Counted from the stretch's first letter, positions 48,622-61,257 are shown. The stretch: 63,192 bases of DNA from Sulfuricellaceae bacterium (GCA_050177075.1 JBFXHL010000003.1:1-63192), one strand, 5' to 3'. Program-made: numbers and translations. Notes: generated by a model not told the origin, from the sequence alone.

Positions 48622-50234
48622 AGGGATTTTTCGAATTGCTTCACCAGCAACTGCAGTTCAGTGGCCGTGCGTGCCAGGATATTGACGGTCACCTGTTCCA
48701 GGCCCTTGATGCTTAGGGAGTTGTTTTGGGCCAGGCCGGCAATTTCTTCGGTCCCCTTGGCGGCGTGAGCCGTCGCCAGGGATTGTTGCCCGATCATCTC
48801 GGCGATCTGGCTCGCCATATCATGGGTCCGGTGTGTGGCCGCCAGGATTTCCGCCAAGCTGGCACTGCTTTCTTCTATAAGCCGGGTACCGTCTTCCACT
48901 TCGTGGGCTACCGTGTCCATGCTATTAATGGCCATATTCGTGGTTTCCTGAATTTGCGTTATGGTCACTGAAATATCCGCGGTGCTGAGTGATGTGCGCT
49001 CTGCCAGCTTGCGAACCTCATCCGCAACCACTGCGAATCCACGGCCCTGCTCACCAGCCCGTGCAGCCTCAATAGAGGCATTCAAGGCCAGCAAATTTGT
49101 CTGGTCGGCAATTTCCTTGATTACCTCAGTTATTGTGCCTATCTTGCGAATAGCTTCGCCCAGGTCCTGGATTGTCTGGCGTGATTCCGTGACCCGTTGC
49201 ACCGCTCGCAAGGAAGACTCCCGGCTTTTTTCCATGCGTTTGTCGCCTTCTTGCACCAACGCTTGAGTGTGCGTGGCGGCCTCGACCGTTTCCGCCGTAT
49301 TGGCGGATATGTTGGCAATGGATTCCTTCATTTGGTCCATGGCCGTACTGGCCTGCTGCGCGCTCTCGGCCTGGGATTCACTGCGCTGCATGACCTCGTG
49401 CATCTCGGTTTTCAACCATGCCGAAATATCCTCCATGGTTTTTGCCGAATACAGGACATCGGCAATTATGGCCCGCGTATTGATCCGCATCGATTCCAGT
49501 GCCGTCAGTAACCGCCCGAACTCACCCCCTGCCGCCGTGTCTACTCGCGCGTTGAAATTTCCTTCCGCAAGCATTTCCAGGGCATCGACCGCCGTGCTCA
49601 TAATTCTGCCGACCCGATTCTTGAGCCATATTACTGATATCAGCGCCACCAGGCCGGCCGTGAGAATCAGGCCGCCAACCGGTGCAATGGCTGCCGTCCC
49701 CCTCTGCACGCCGACCATTACTGCCGCCGTTAGAAGTGCAAAAACAAAGGCCATTCCTAATGCCAGGAGACTTCCGAAACCAAGACCTTTTGTTGTGCTG
49801 CTGGGGGTTGCCGGGATGGAGGCCTTACCTTCACGGACAGCCTTATAAAGTTGTTCCGCTCCTGCCACCTGCTCCCGCATCGGTTCGTTTCTCACGGACA
49901 TATAGCCGACAATCTGCCCCTTTTCTTTTATCGGCGTGACGTAGGCTTCAACCCAATAGTAATCCCCGTTTTTACAGCGGTTTTTCACAATGCCGCGCCA
50001 AGGGTCCCCCCTTTTCAAGGTATGCCACAGATCAGCAAAAGCCTCGGGAGGCATATCCGGGTGGCGCACCAAGTTGTGATTCTTGCCGATCAATTCTTCC
50101 CGACTATAACCGCTTATATCGACAAAAGCCTGATTGGCATAGGTAATTATGCCCTTGAGATCAGTTTTGCTGACAATGGGTTGTCCTGGATTGAGGCGAT
50201 GTTCCACCTCGGTGACGGGCAGGTTGATCTTCAT
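48618..50234 (-). CDS. PAS-domain methyl-accepting chemotaxis protein (Aer-like topology)
   Basis: 538 aa. The N-terminal PAS domain ([33 protein letters not shown]) is followed by a TM hairpin and a HAMP domain. It ends in the MCP signalling domain ([35 protein letters not shown]). Confidence 0.9.
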   Translation of the reverse strand: MKINLPVTEVEHRLNPGQPIVSKTDLKGIITYANQAFVDISGYSREELIGKNHNLVRHPDMPPEAFADLWHTLKRGDPWRGIVKNRCKNGDYYWVEAYVTPIKEKGQIVGYMSVRNEPMREQVAGAEQLYKAVREGKASIPATPSSTTKGLGFGSLLALGMAFVFALLTAAVMVGVQRGTAAIAPVGGLILTAGLVALISVIWLKNRVGRIMSTAVDALEMLAEGNFNARVDTAAGGEFGRLLTALESMRINTRAIIADVLYSAKTMEDISAWLKTEMHEVMQRSESQAESAQQASTAMDQMKESIANISANTAETVEAATHTQALVQEGDKRMEKSRESSLRAVQRVTESRQTIQDLGEAIRKIGTITEVIKEIADQTNLLALNASIEAARAGEQGRGFAVVADEVRKLAERTSLSTADISVTITQIQETTNMAINSMDTVAHEVEDGTRLIEESSASLAEILAATHRTHDMASQIAEMIGQQSLATAHAAKGTEEIAGLAQNNSLSIKGLEQVTVNILARTATELQLLVKQFEKSL

Positions 50235-50304
50235 GGATTCTCTCGAATTAGATAATGGGCATGCCTGGAAGGAATTTATTTTAACTTAACTGCTTCTTGG
50301 CAAT

Positions 50305-50338
50305 AAAAAAACCCCCGCACCAGCAGGCGAGGGGGTTT
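50305..50338 (-). terminator. Rho-independent terminator after ppdK
   Basis: Minus strand reads AAACCCCCTCGC-CTGCTGGT-GCGGGGG followed by TTTTTTT, about 20 nt after the ppdK stop. Confidence 0.75.
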
Positions 50339-50356
50339 GGGGTTTCTGAAGGTTTT

Positions 50357-53152
50357 TCAGGTATACAAGTCCTGGCCGTAAGCCGACTCCGTCAATTTAG
50401 CCTGGGCGGCAGCCAAGCGGGCAATGGGAACCCGCGGCGCAGAGCAGGATACATAGCTCAAGTTGATATGGTGGCAGAACCGAATCGAAGCGGGGTGCCC
50501 TCCTTGCTCGCCGCAAATTCCCACTTTGAGGTCAGGGCGTGATTCCCGTCCCCATGTAACCGCCATTTCCATAAGCCTGCCGACACCTTTAACGTCAAGG
50601 GTTTCGAAGGGGTTGTCCTTGAGAATTCCCATTTCGTTATACAGCGGCAGAAACTTGTTTTCCGCATCTTCCCTGCTGAAGGAAAATGTCGCCTGCGTCA
50701 GATCATTAGTTCCAAAGGAGAAAAACTCCGCAATTTCGGCCAGCCGCCCTGCGCGCATACATGCCCGCACGACCTCGATCATCGAGCCGAACTTAAACGG
50801 GACTTTAACCCCATATTTCTTTTCCACATCAGGCAAAATTTCGTCTACCAAGGCCTTGACCCGCTTTAGCTCCTCGGCTGTGCATACTTGTGGAACCATG
50901 ATTTCCGGGTGGACTTCGATCTTTTCTTTAACACACTCGGCAGCAGCCTCCAAGATAGCCCGGATTTGCATAGCGTAAATTTCCGGGTAGGTAATACCGA
51001 GCCGGACGCCACGATGGCCCAGCATGGGATTTACTTCCGTGAGTTGCTTAACTTTTTTCAGCATCGCCTCTTTTTTTGTCAGCAGCGTATTTTCCGGGCG
51101 TTCTTTATATTGGTTCAGGTGCGCCAGTAGCTTTTCCAGGGAGCTGATGTCTTGTTTATGCGTCTCTGCACCAAGTAGGCGCAACGTTTCGGGTAGCTCT
51201 TCTACGCTTCTTACGTCCGACTTCAGCCGGCGCAAATGAGAAATTTCGAATTCCAGCTGTTCTGCCGTTGGCAGGAATTCGTGGATAGGGGGGTCTAGGA
51301 GACGTACGGTTACGGGTAAACCGGCCATCGCTTGAAAAATTCCCTTGAAGTCACCACGCTGGATCGGGAGCAGCTTATCCAAGGCTGCTATGCGCGCTTC
51401 TTTGCTTTCGGCCAGGATCATGTCCTGCACAATAGGCAGGCGGTCCGTATCGTTGAACATCCGTTCGGTACGGCACAAGCCGATTCCCATGGCGCCAAAC
51501 TTTCTCGCTCTTGCGGCGTCCCTTGGGGTGTCTGCATTTGCCATGACCTTCAGTCGAGACTTTTCATCGGCCCAATCCAGGATTGTCGTCAGTTCAGCAA
51601 AAAACTCCGACTCTACCGTTGGAATTTCTCCGGCATAGACATTGCCGGTACTGCCATCGATGGTTATCACATCGCCTTCATGAAGTACCGTATCTCCAAC
51701 CGTTGCCTTTTTTTCCCGTACATCGATTGCTATTTTTTCGCAGCCTGAAACACAAGGTTTCCCCATCCCCCGTGCTACCACGGCAGCATGAGAAGTTTTC
51801 CCGCCTCTGCTGGTCAATATCCCCTGTGCAGCGAAGAACCCATGGATATCTTCGGGTTTGGTTTCTTCTCTTACCAGAATGATTTTTTCACCTAATTTGC
51901 CCCGCACCTCTGCCGTGTCCGCATCGAATACAATTTTCCCCGATGCTGCCCCGGGCGACGCCGGCAACCCTACGGCTAAGGAATTGGCCTTGAAATTAGG
52001 GGACAGCATCGGCACCAATAGCTGCTCAAGCATAGACGGATGAATACGGGTAAGAGCCTGCTCTTTCGTGATCAGTCCTTCATTGAACATCTCTACGGAG
52101 GTTATCACCATGGCGCGGGCATTCATTTTTCCGTTCCGCGTTTGTAGGCAGTAGAGACGGCCTTTTTCTATGGTAAATTCGAAATCCTGCACTTCCTTGT
52201 AGTGGGATTCGAGCTTGTTGCGTAAATCTACGAGTTGCCGGTAAATTTCCGGCATTTCCTTCTCCATTTCTGCGATGGGTTTGGGAGTTCGAATGCCGGC
52301 GACAACATCTTCCCCTTGGGCATTGACGAGATATTCACCAAAAATCAGGTTTTCACCGGTTCCCGGGTTTCGAGTAAAACCTACGCCAGTGGCCGAATCA
52401 TTGCCCATGTTTCCAAAAACCATCGTACAGATATTGACCGCCGTACCATTGGCCATATCCTTCGTGATTTTGAATTGTTTTCGGTAGTCGACTGCCCGCT
52501 TACCCATCCACGAACGGAATACCGCCATGACCGCAATTTCCAGTTGTTCATAAGGATCTTGCGGGAAAGGTTTTCCTGTTTCTTTTTTAACTATTTCAAG
52601 ATAAGCCTGGGACAGTTCTTTCAGATTTTCTGACGACAAATCAATATCTTGTTGTGCTCCGTATTTCAGCTTTATTTGGTTCATCTTCTCGTCGAACAAC
52701 TCGTCCGAGATGCCTAGTGCGATTTTCCCGTACAGTTGGATAAACCGGCGATATGCATCGTAGGCAAACCGCTCATTCTTCGTTTGGCTTATTAGCCCAA
52801 CGAGGGATTTTTCATTTAAACCCAGGTTAAGAATCGTATCCATCATGCCAGGCATCGACATAGCCGAGCCGGAGCGCACTGAGACTAGTAGCGGATTTTC
52901 ACCGCTACCGAATCCTTTTCCGGTCTTTTTCTCCAACCCTTCCAAATGGGTTTTTATCTCGACCATTAACCCTTCGGGCAATTTATTGCCTTCTAGATAG
53001 GCCAAGCATGCTTCGGTGGTAATGGTAAATCCGGGAGGTACATTAAGGCCGATTTGGGTCATTTCGCATAAATTCGCGCCCTTACCGCCCAACAGCATCT
53101 TATTTTTACCGTCGCCCTCTTCAAAGTCATAGACGAATTTTTTGGTAGTCAT
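50357..53152 (-). CDS. ppdK: Pyruvate, phosphate dikinase
   Basis: 931 aa. GGKGANLCEM, the phosphohistidine region GGKTSHAAVVARGMGKPCV, and the C-terminal PEP-utiliser TIM domain FFSFGTNDLTQ. Confidence 0.96.
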   Translation of the reverse strand: MTTKKFVYDFEEGDGKNKMLLGGKGANLCEMTQIGLNVPPGFTITTEACLAYLEGNKLPEGLMVEIKTHLEGLEKKTGKGFGSGENPLLVSVRSGSAMSMPGMMDTILNLGLNEKSLVGLISQTKNERFAYDAYRRFIQLYGKIALGISDELFDEKMNQIKLKYGAQQDIDLSSENLKELSQAYLEIVKKETGKPFPQDPYEQLEIAVMAVFRSWMGKRAVDYRKQFKITKDMANGTAVNICTMVFGNMGNDSATGVGFTRNPGTGENLIFGEYLVNAQGEDVVAGIRTPKPIAEMEKEMPEIYRQLVDLRNKLESHYKEVQDFEFTIEKGRLYCLQTRNGKMNARAMVITSVEMFNEGLITKEQALTRIHPSMLEQLLVPMLSPNFKANSLAVGLPASPGAASGKIVFDADTAEVRGKLGEKIILVREETKPEDIHGFFAAQGILTSRGGKTSHAAVVARGMGKPCVSGCEKIAIDVREKKATVGDTVLHEGDVITIDGSTGNVYAGEIPTVESEFFAELTTILDWADEKSRLKVMANADTPRDAARARKFGAMGIGLCRTERMFNDTDRLPIVQDMILAESKEARIAALDKLLPIQRGDFKGIFQAMAGLPVTVRLLDPPIHEFLPTAEQLEFEISHLRRLKSDVRSVEELPETLRLLGAETHKQDISSLEKLLAHLNQYKERPENTLLTKKEAMLKKVKQLTEVNPMLGHRGVRLGITYPEIYAMQIRAILEAAAECVKEKIEVHPEIMVPQVCTAEELKRVKALVDEILPDVEKKYGVKVPFKFGSMIEVVRACMRAGRLAEIAEFFSFGTNDLTQATFSFSREDAENKFLPLYNEMGILKDNPFETLDVKGVGRLMEMAVTWGRESRPDLKVGICGEQGGHPASIRFCHHINLSYVSCSAPRVPIARLAAAQAKLTESAYGQDLYT

Positions 53153-53531
53153 TCTTTGTAACCTCCAGGATTATTAAATCGACCTAACCTGCAAATCTTC
53201 TTGTGTGTCGCCATATCTTGGCACGTGAACTTTTCAATTCTAGTACAAGGGCTGAATTATCCTAGGGCAGGATGCGGTGGTCACGGTAGCTTGGACAGCC
53301 ACCGGGGAGGAATAAGCTAAAGCCTGAACCGGAGAGATGGTTTTGACTTTCCCGGATTTTATCCTGACCGAATCGAGCGCTGTGGAGCTTGTGGGCAGCC
53401 GCCGACCTGTGGGCAAGCGGTGGGCAACGCGCAGCGTTGTCCATGGCTTGTCCATAGGGGACCGCGCTTGCGCGGTCAGGCGGGAACCGGCAAAGCCGGC
53501 TGTCCACAAATCCTCAGTGCCTCCTTGCATC

Positions 53532-54365
53532 TCACGCCGCCAGCCTTTGCGTCCCCGACAGCGCACCGAAATAGACCTCGTCCGGCGTCTGCCACGCCAA
53601 CGATTGATGCGGTCGCAGGCGGTTGTACCAGTCGAAGCACGTAGCAAGGCTCGCCCTTTGTTCGGCGCCCGTGTCGCAGGGACGCAGATAGACCCATTCG
53701 TGCTTGATGGTCCACCACAGACGTTCGACGAAGATGTTGTCATGGCATCGGCCGCGCCCGTCCATGCTGATCCGGATGCCATGTTCCTTGAGCACGCCGG
53801 TGAATTCGGCGCTGGTGAATTGGCTGCCTTGGTCGGTGTTGAAGATTTCCGGTGTGCCGTAGCGCGCGATGGCCTCCTTGAGCGCCGCTGTGCAGAAGTC
53901 GCTGGTGAGCGTGTTCGACAATCGCCAGTTCAGTACCTTCCGCGTGGCCCAGTCCATGATCGCGCACAGGTAGAGGAAGCCTTGGCGCATCCTGATGTAG
54001 GTGATGTCGGTGGCCCAGACCTGGTTCGGCTGCGTGATCTCCATGCCCCGCAGCAGGTAGGGATAGACCTTGTGCTCCGGGTGGGGCTTGCTGGTGTCGG
54101 GCTTGGGGCCGACCGCCCACAGGCCGAGTTTCCTCATCAGCCGGCGGATGCGACGCCGGCCGACCAGAATGCCTTCGCGTTTGAGCATGGCTTGCAGGCG
54201 GCGGCTGCCGTACATCGGATTCTCGGTGAAGAGTTCGTCCAGCCGCTTGAGCAGATCGAGCTCCTCTTGCGACGCCGGCTTGGGCCGGTAATAGACGCTG
54301 CTGCGGGAGATGCCCAGCAGCTTCGCTTGCCGGGATACGGACAGCGCGCTCCCCGGGGCAATCAT
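53532..54365 (-). CDS. IS3-family transposase OrfB (DDE integrase core)
   Basis: 277 aa. WATDITYI, FNTDQGSQFTS and the HDNIFVERLWWTIKHE motif series (D, D, 35, E). Confidence 0.92.
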   Translation of the reverse strand: MIAPGSALSVSRQAKLLGISRSSVYYRPKPASQEELDLLKRLDELFTENPMYGSRRLQAMLKREGILVGRRRIRRLMRKLGLWAVGPKPDTSKPHPEHKVYPYLLRGMEITQPNQVWATDITYIRMRQGFLYLCAIMDWATRKVLNWRLSNTLTSDFCTAALKEAIARYGTPEIFNTDQGSQFTSAEFTGVLKEHGIRISMDGRGRCHDNIFVERLWWTIKHEWVYLRPCDTGAEQRASLATCFDWYNRLRPHQSLAWQTPDEVYFGALSGTQRLAA

Positions 54366-54733
54366 CGCGCGCCTTTCAGCAGGCGGGCAATGGCGGGCTG
54401 TCCGGCCAAGAAAACGCAGTTTCGGCGTAGGCTAACCTGCGCCAGCAGGTTAAGGCGCGAAGCGCCGGCCGCAGCCAAATCCCGTTCGACCTGCAACTGC
54501 CCGATCTTGCGATGCAAGTGGTCGATGATTTTCTGCGGGTCTTCCGTCTTCTTGATGCCCCGCTCGAAGAGCTCCTTGGCATTCTTGACCAGTTCCTGCT
54601 TCCAGGCGCTGATCATCGTCGGATGCACCCCGAACTCCGAGGCCAGCTCCGCCAGGGTCTTGTCCCCCGACAGGACCGCCATCGCTACTTGCGCCTTGAA
54701 TTCCGCACTGTGTTGCTTGCGTTTCGCTCCCAT
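54362..54733 (-). CDS. IS3-family transposase OrfA (HTH + leucine zipper)
   Basis: 123 aa. KRKQHSAEFKAQVAMAVL...LAELASEFGVHPTMISAWKQEL. OrfB is in the -1 frame, and the OrfA stop / OrfB start form an ATGA overlap. Confidence 0.9.
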   Translation of the reverse strand: MGAKRKQHSAEFKAQVAMAVLSGDKTLAELASEFGVHPTMISAWKQELVKNAKELFERGIKKTEDPQKIIDHLHRKIGQLQVERDLAAAGASRLNLLAQVSLRRNCVFLAGQPAIARLLKGAR

Positions 54734-54815
54734 GCTTCACGTTCCTTTCAACCGGTCGGCTTTAGCTTATCCGACTGTCCAAAAAAACGTGACCGCCGCA
54801 GGAATTGGTAGTGAT

Positions 54816-55289
54816 TTACTGACCTACTCTGTACTTTATGCAGAAGAGCTTGGTTTTCGTATTGCCATATTCCATTAAGTGACTGCCTAAGGCAGATCGG
54901 AGTATCTTTTCATTCGGATTTGGACTGAATTGAGTGTTTTTATGCTGCAGAATGCGCTGCCTTGCTTCCACCAACGGTGTGTTGAAAATCACCCCTACGA
55001 AATTGACCTGGTCCGCCCCAGTACTGACGAATATTTGGTCGACTTCCATGCCAAACAGTAATACTCCGTCTGGTTTATACCAATAAGCTCCTCCTTCGGT
55101 CTTTGTCGGCTTATTGAAATAGGTGGTCAAGTAATCTTGAAAGAAGAGCGGATTTATTTCATCTTGGCAGAGAAGCGCATTTCCTATGACAGGCTCAAAG
55201 GTTGATGGTGTTGCTTGGGTTAGTGGAGTTACCAGCACGGTTAAAAGTGCCAATAGTAGATTGCAGAACCCTAAAGTGGACTCTCGCAC
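54816..55289 (-). CDS. Hypothetical secreted protein (about 157 aa, AT-rich); GTG start inferred
   Basis: The track ORF 54816..55466 was trimmed because its first 59 codons run antisense through tRNA-Phe. A signal-peptide-like VRESTLGFCNLLLALLTVLVTPLTQA follows the GTG at 55289. I recognise no family. Confidence 0.45.
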   Translation of the reverse strand: MRESTLGFCNLLLALLTVLVTPLTQATPSTFEPVIGNALLCQDEINPLFFQDYLTTYFNKPTKTEGGAYWYKPDGVLLFGMEVDQIFVSTGADQVNFVGVIFNTPLVEARQRILQHKNTQFSPNPNEKILRSALGSHLMEYGNTKTKLFCIKYRVGQ

Positions 55290-55375
55290 TATGGTCCCTC
55301 TTGACGAACGTTCCCAATAAGGGTTTAATGGCGACCTTTGTTTAACGGTGTTTCGAAAGAACCCGTCGTCTTTTT

Positions 55376-55451
<76 letters not shown>

Positions 55452-55464
55452 AATCTTCAAGGAC

Positions 55465-55505
55465 AAATCGGCACAAAGTGTTATCGCCTTGTGCCGATTT
55501 GTTTT

Positions 55506-55507
<2 letters not shown>
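55465..55507. terminator. Bidirectional hairpin terminator between tRNA-Phe and the gyrB 3' end
   Basis: AAATCGGCACAA-agtgttatcgcc-TTGTGCCGATTT followed by GTTTTTT on the plus strand. The complement offers an A/T-rich tail for gyrB. Confidence 0.7.
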
Positions 55508-57896
<2,389 letters not shown>

Positions 57897-57924
57897 TTAT
57901 CTCTTATGGTTTCACGTGAAACAA

Positions 57925-59031
57925 TTAAATTCGCATGGGCATAACGACATATTTGAAGTCGTCATTACCTGGAATGGTGATTAATCCGCTACTGTTGGCA
58001 TCATTGAAACTGCACATTACTTTTTCAACAACCAGATTGTTTAGTACGTCCAGCAAATAAGTAACATTGAACCCAATATCTAGAGGGTCTCCCGAATAAT
58101 CGATTTCGATCTCCTCTTGGGCCTCTTCCTGTTCACTGTTGTTACATATTATCCGCAAACTATTCTGGGTAAGAACTAAGCGAACTCCACGGAATTTCTC
58201 ATTGGAAAGAATGGCCGCACGTTGCAAAGCTTGAAGTAGCGCCAACCGGTCTACAATAAATTCGTTGGGGTGAGAAACTGGAACAACCTTGTTGTAATCG
58301 GGAAACTTACCATCCACAACTTTAGAAATTAAGACAATCTGGTCAAAGGAGAATTTAACCTGATTATTAGCGAATTCGATGTTAAGTAACTCTTCGGAAT
58401 CCGTTAATAACTTAAATAATTCAACAACCGTCTTTCTCGGGAGAATAATTTCGGTCGACTCAATACCTGTTTCCAACGGCATGCTTGCCATTGCTAAGCG
58501 ATGTCCATCCGTAGCAACAACTTTTATTCCTGTTCCATTAACTACCAATAGAAGACCATTGAGATAATATCGAATATCTTGTTGGGCCATAGAATACATG
58601 ACCCCGTGGATCAAACTTTTGAAGGTTCCCTGCGGAATTTTGATCGAATCTGTCGAATCGCTTTGCGACGAAAATTTAGGAAAATCCTCTGGGGGTAGCG
58701 TTTGCAAGTTAAATTTGCTTTTTCCCGCCTTTATATTGAGTCGGTGATCCTGGATTTTTTCAATTTCTATGTCAGTACCTTCCGGCAAGGAACGACAGAT
58801 GTCCTGCATTTTTTTCGCAGAAGCTGTGATGGAAAAATCACCTTCAGATTCGTAAAAAATATCTGAAGTAATTTGGATTTCTAAGTCAGTAGCGATAAAT
58901 GAAAGCTTATTATCTATCTTAGAAATTAAGACGTTGGAAAGAATGGGTAGGGTATGCCTTTTTTCAACGATACCTGTTACGGCTAATAGGGGCTTAAGAA
59001 ATATTTCCCTTTCTATTCTAATAAGATTCAT
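57925..59031 (-). CDS. dnaN: DNA polymerase III beta sliding clamp
   Basis: 368 aa. MNLIRIEREIFLKPLLAVTGIVEKRHTLPILSNVLI... with C-terminal ...YVVMPMRI. Confidence 0.97.
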   Translation of the reverse strand: MNLIRIEREIFLKPLLAVTGIVEKRHTLPILSNVLISKIDNKLSFIATDLEIQITSDIFYESEGDFSITASAKKMQDICRSLPEGTDIEIEKIQDHRLNIKAGKSKFNLQTLPPEDFPKFSSQSDSTDSIKIPQGTFKSLIHGVMYSMAQQDIRYYLNGLLLVVNGTGIKVVATDGHRLAMASMPLETGIESTEIILPRKTVVELFKLLTDSEELLNIEFANNQVKFSFDQIVLISKVVDGKFPDYNKVVPVSHPNEFIVDRLALLQALQRAAILSNEKFRGVRLVLTQNSLRIICNNSEQEEAQEEIEIDYSGDPLDIGFNVTYLLDVLNNLVVEKVMCSFNDANSSGLITIPGNDDFKYVVMPMRI

Positions 59032-59221
59032 ATGTATTCCTTGATAACAATAATAAGAGTTTGGCGTATCCGTGGATTAATAAATTTTTTTATTTATTTA
59101 CATTAAGTTAATGTTGTGAATATTTGGTGCAGATTTATTGTTAGTGATCTGTGTACAAATTGTTGTTAATTTTTTGAGTGTGTACAAAATCATCACTTGT
59201 TCAATATTTGTCCACAGTATT

Positions 59222-60562
59222 TCAACTTCTTAATACCTGCAAAAGAACGTTGAAGTCTTTATTGATAGATGGATCGGAAGACTTTAATTCATTAATTTTT
59301 CGGCAAGCATGGAGTACCGTTGTATGGTCTCTTCCACCAAAAGCTTCACCTATATTAGGTAGGCTAAGTTCTGTAAGTTCCTTTGCTAAAGCCATGGCAA
59401 TTTGCCTAGGTCTGGCAATGGTGCGGGTGCGTTTAGGTGAATAGAGGTCAGAAACTTTGATTTTGTAATAATCTGCTACCGTTTTCTGGATATTCTCGAT
59501 TGATATTTGCCTATTTTGAACTGCGAGAAGGTCTTTTAATGCGTCTTTTGCTACGTTAAGGGAGATTGAAAGGTTATGAAATTTTGAATAGGCCATGACA
59601 CGTTTTAAGGCACCTTCTAATTCCCTGACGTTCGAGCGAATTTGCTTGGCGATAAAAAAAGCCACTTCTTCATTGAGCGGGACTTTTTCCATCTCTGCTT
59701 TTTTCAGAAGAATGGCAACCCGCATCTCCAACTCAGGCGGCTCAATCGCAACAGTTAAGCCCCAACCGAATCTGGAAATGAGTCGGTCTTCTATGCCATC
59801 GATTTCTTTAGGGTACGTATCACAGGTTATAACAACTTGTTTTTTATCTTCAATTAGTGCATTGAAGGCATAAAAAAACTCTTCCTGGGTTCGGGATTTT
59901 CCACTTATAAATTGAATATCATCGATCAACAAGAGATCCAAGGAATGATAGTAGCGCTTGAAGTCATCAAAGGATTTGTGTTGATAAGCCTTTACAACGT
60001 CCGAGACATAACGCTCTGCATGAATGTAACTAATTTTTGCATTGTTATTCAGTTCTCTCATTCTATTACCAATTGCTTGAATAAGATGGGTTTTACCCAA
60101 TCCAACGCCGCCATATATGAATAATGGGTTGTAGGCATGGCCTGGATTTTCAGCCACCTGGATTGCAGCGGCCCGAGCCAATTGATTCGCTTTACCCGTT
60201 ACAAAACCGTCGAAAGAAAAATTACTATTTAATCGCGACGTATCATTTTGAATAAGTTTTGTTTTAACCTTTTTTGCGTCCGAGTCGGCCTGATTAGGTG
60301 TAGCCGTCAAATTCTTCGAAGCGGATGCGGGAGCAAGGGAGAAAATTAATTCTACGGGGCGAGAAAAATGCTCCACGGCCAACTCGGTAATTTGTTGACT
60401 AAATTTATCTTTAACCCATTGAAGGACAAAACGATTTGGAGCATTTATACGAATTTCGTCTTCCTGGATTTCCACAGCTAAGGGCTTGATCCAAGTATTG
60501 AACTGTTGTTCTGTAAGTTGTTGTTTTAACTTATCAAGACAAACGGACCAGAAGTTTTTCAT
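59222..60562 (-). CDS. dnaA: Chromosomal replication initiator DnaA
   Basis: Trimmed to [31 protein letters not shown]+ Walker [19 protein letters not shown], and the C-terminal DNA-binding helix [15 protein letters not shown]. Confidence 0.97.
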   Translation of the reverse strand: MKNFWSVCLDKLKQQLTEQQFNTWIKPLAVEIQEDEIRINAPNRFVLQWVKDKFSQQITELAVEHFSRPVELIFSLAPASASKNLTATPNQADSDAKKVKTKLIQNDTSRLNSNFSFDGFVTGKANQLARAAAIQVAENPGHAYNPLFIYGGVGLGKTHLIQAIGNRMRELNNNAKISYIHAERYVSDVVKAYQHKSFDDFKRYYHSLDLLLIDDIQFISGKSRTQEEFFYAFNALIEDKKQVVITCDTYPKEIDGIEDRLISRFGWGLTVAIEPPELEMRVAILLKKAEMEKVPLNEEVAFFIAKQIRSNVRELEGALKRVMAYSKFHNLSISLNVAKDALKDLLAVQNRQISIENIQKTVADYYKIKVSDLYSPKRTRTIARPRQIAMALAKELTELSLPNIGEAFGGRDHTTVLHACRKINELKSSDPSINKDFNVLLQVLRS

Positions 60563-60648
60563 TAAAAAAATATGTTCAAAAAAACAGAAGTAAAGGAAGG
60601 ATGCGCGAAGAATCTGCAAGCCCTCTATTCTAGTCACTATGAGTCAAG

Positions 60649-60657
60649 TTATCCACA
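60649..60657. promoter_or_regulatory. Consensus DnaA box TTATCCACA upstream of dnaA
   Basis: Exact 9-mer, 87-95 nt upstream of the dnaA ATG in the dnaA/rpmH divergent region. Confidence 0.7.
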
Positions 60658-60750
60658 GGATTGCGAGAGTAAATTGACATTGACAATCTACCAGGTTTAC
60701 GGGTCTAATATGCGGTTTTAGTATCAGAAAATTTTCTTAAAGAGGTAAAA

Positions 60751-60885
60751 ATGAAACGTACTTACCAACCTTCTGTGGTCCGTAGGAAACGGACGCACGG
60801 TTTTCTGGTTAGGATGAAAACCCGCGGTGGTCGCGCTGTGATCCGTGCACGTCGTGCAAAGGGTAGGGCTAGGTTAGCTGTTTGA
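60751..60885 (+). CDS. rpmH: 50S ribosomal protein L34
   Basis: My own translation gives [44 protein letters not shown] (44 aa). A GAGG Shine-Dalgarno sequence lies upstream. The ORF is too short for the track. Confidence 0.97.
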   Translation: MKRTYQPSVVRRKRTHGFLVRMKTRGGRAVIRARRAKGRARLAV

Positions 60886-61257
60886 TTGGGCGGCGTGGTC
60901 TTATCCAAGAGCTTTCCAAAAGGAAAGCGCCTTTTGAAAACGGATGATTTTTCATCCGTTTTTCATTTCAAATGCGGAGAAAAAGCCGCATCCTTTAGAG
61001 TACTGGCACGCCCTAATGGGCTAAGCGTAAGCCGTTTAGGAATTATCGTCCCAAAAAAACTTGTCCCTTTATCTGTCAATCGTAATCTCATCAAGCGACT
61101 GATAAGAGAAGAATTTCGCCACCAACAGCATCGGCTAAGTGGATTGGATATTATTGTTCAAGCGCATTCACCTGGGGCAGTCCAAGAAAAATCTAGAACT
61201 GTCGAAGAATTGAGAATGCTCATGGAGAGAGTTCGACGATGTCTCGGCTCCTTATAA
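60886..61257 (+). CDS. rnpA: RNase P protein component (non-ATG start: TTG 60886 or GTG 60895)
   Basis: 123 aa. [13 protein letters not shown]...[26 protein letters not shown] (RNR motif). Immediately after rpmH. Confidence 0.9.
   Translation: MGGVVLSKSFPKGKRLLKTDDFSSVFHFKCGEKAASFRVLARPNGLSVSRLGIIVPKKLVPLSVNRNLIKRLIREEFRHQQHRLSGLDIIVQAHSPGAVQEKSRTVEELRMLMERVRRCLGSL

Larger units (their letters stand above)
53273..54800 (-). mobile_element. Intact IS3-family insertion sequence (1528 bp) with terminal inverted repeats and a GGA target-site duplication
   Basis: IRL at 53273-53298 is TGCGGTGGTCACGGTAGCTTGGACAG. The reverse complement of IRR at 54775-54800 is TGCGGCGGTCACGTTTTTTTGGACAG, a 21/26 match. 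Both ends also carry ATAAGCTAAAGCC just inside. The ends are TG...CA. GGA flanks both sides (53270-53272 and 54801-54803). The element is GC-rich in AT-rich flanks. Confidence 0.88.

Noticed and set aside
53219-53235. Sigma-54-like TGGCACG-N4-CTTTT upstream of ppdK.
   Set aside because: It lies on the plus strand pointing into the IS, away from ppdK. The -12 element lacks the GC dinucleotide.
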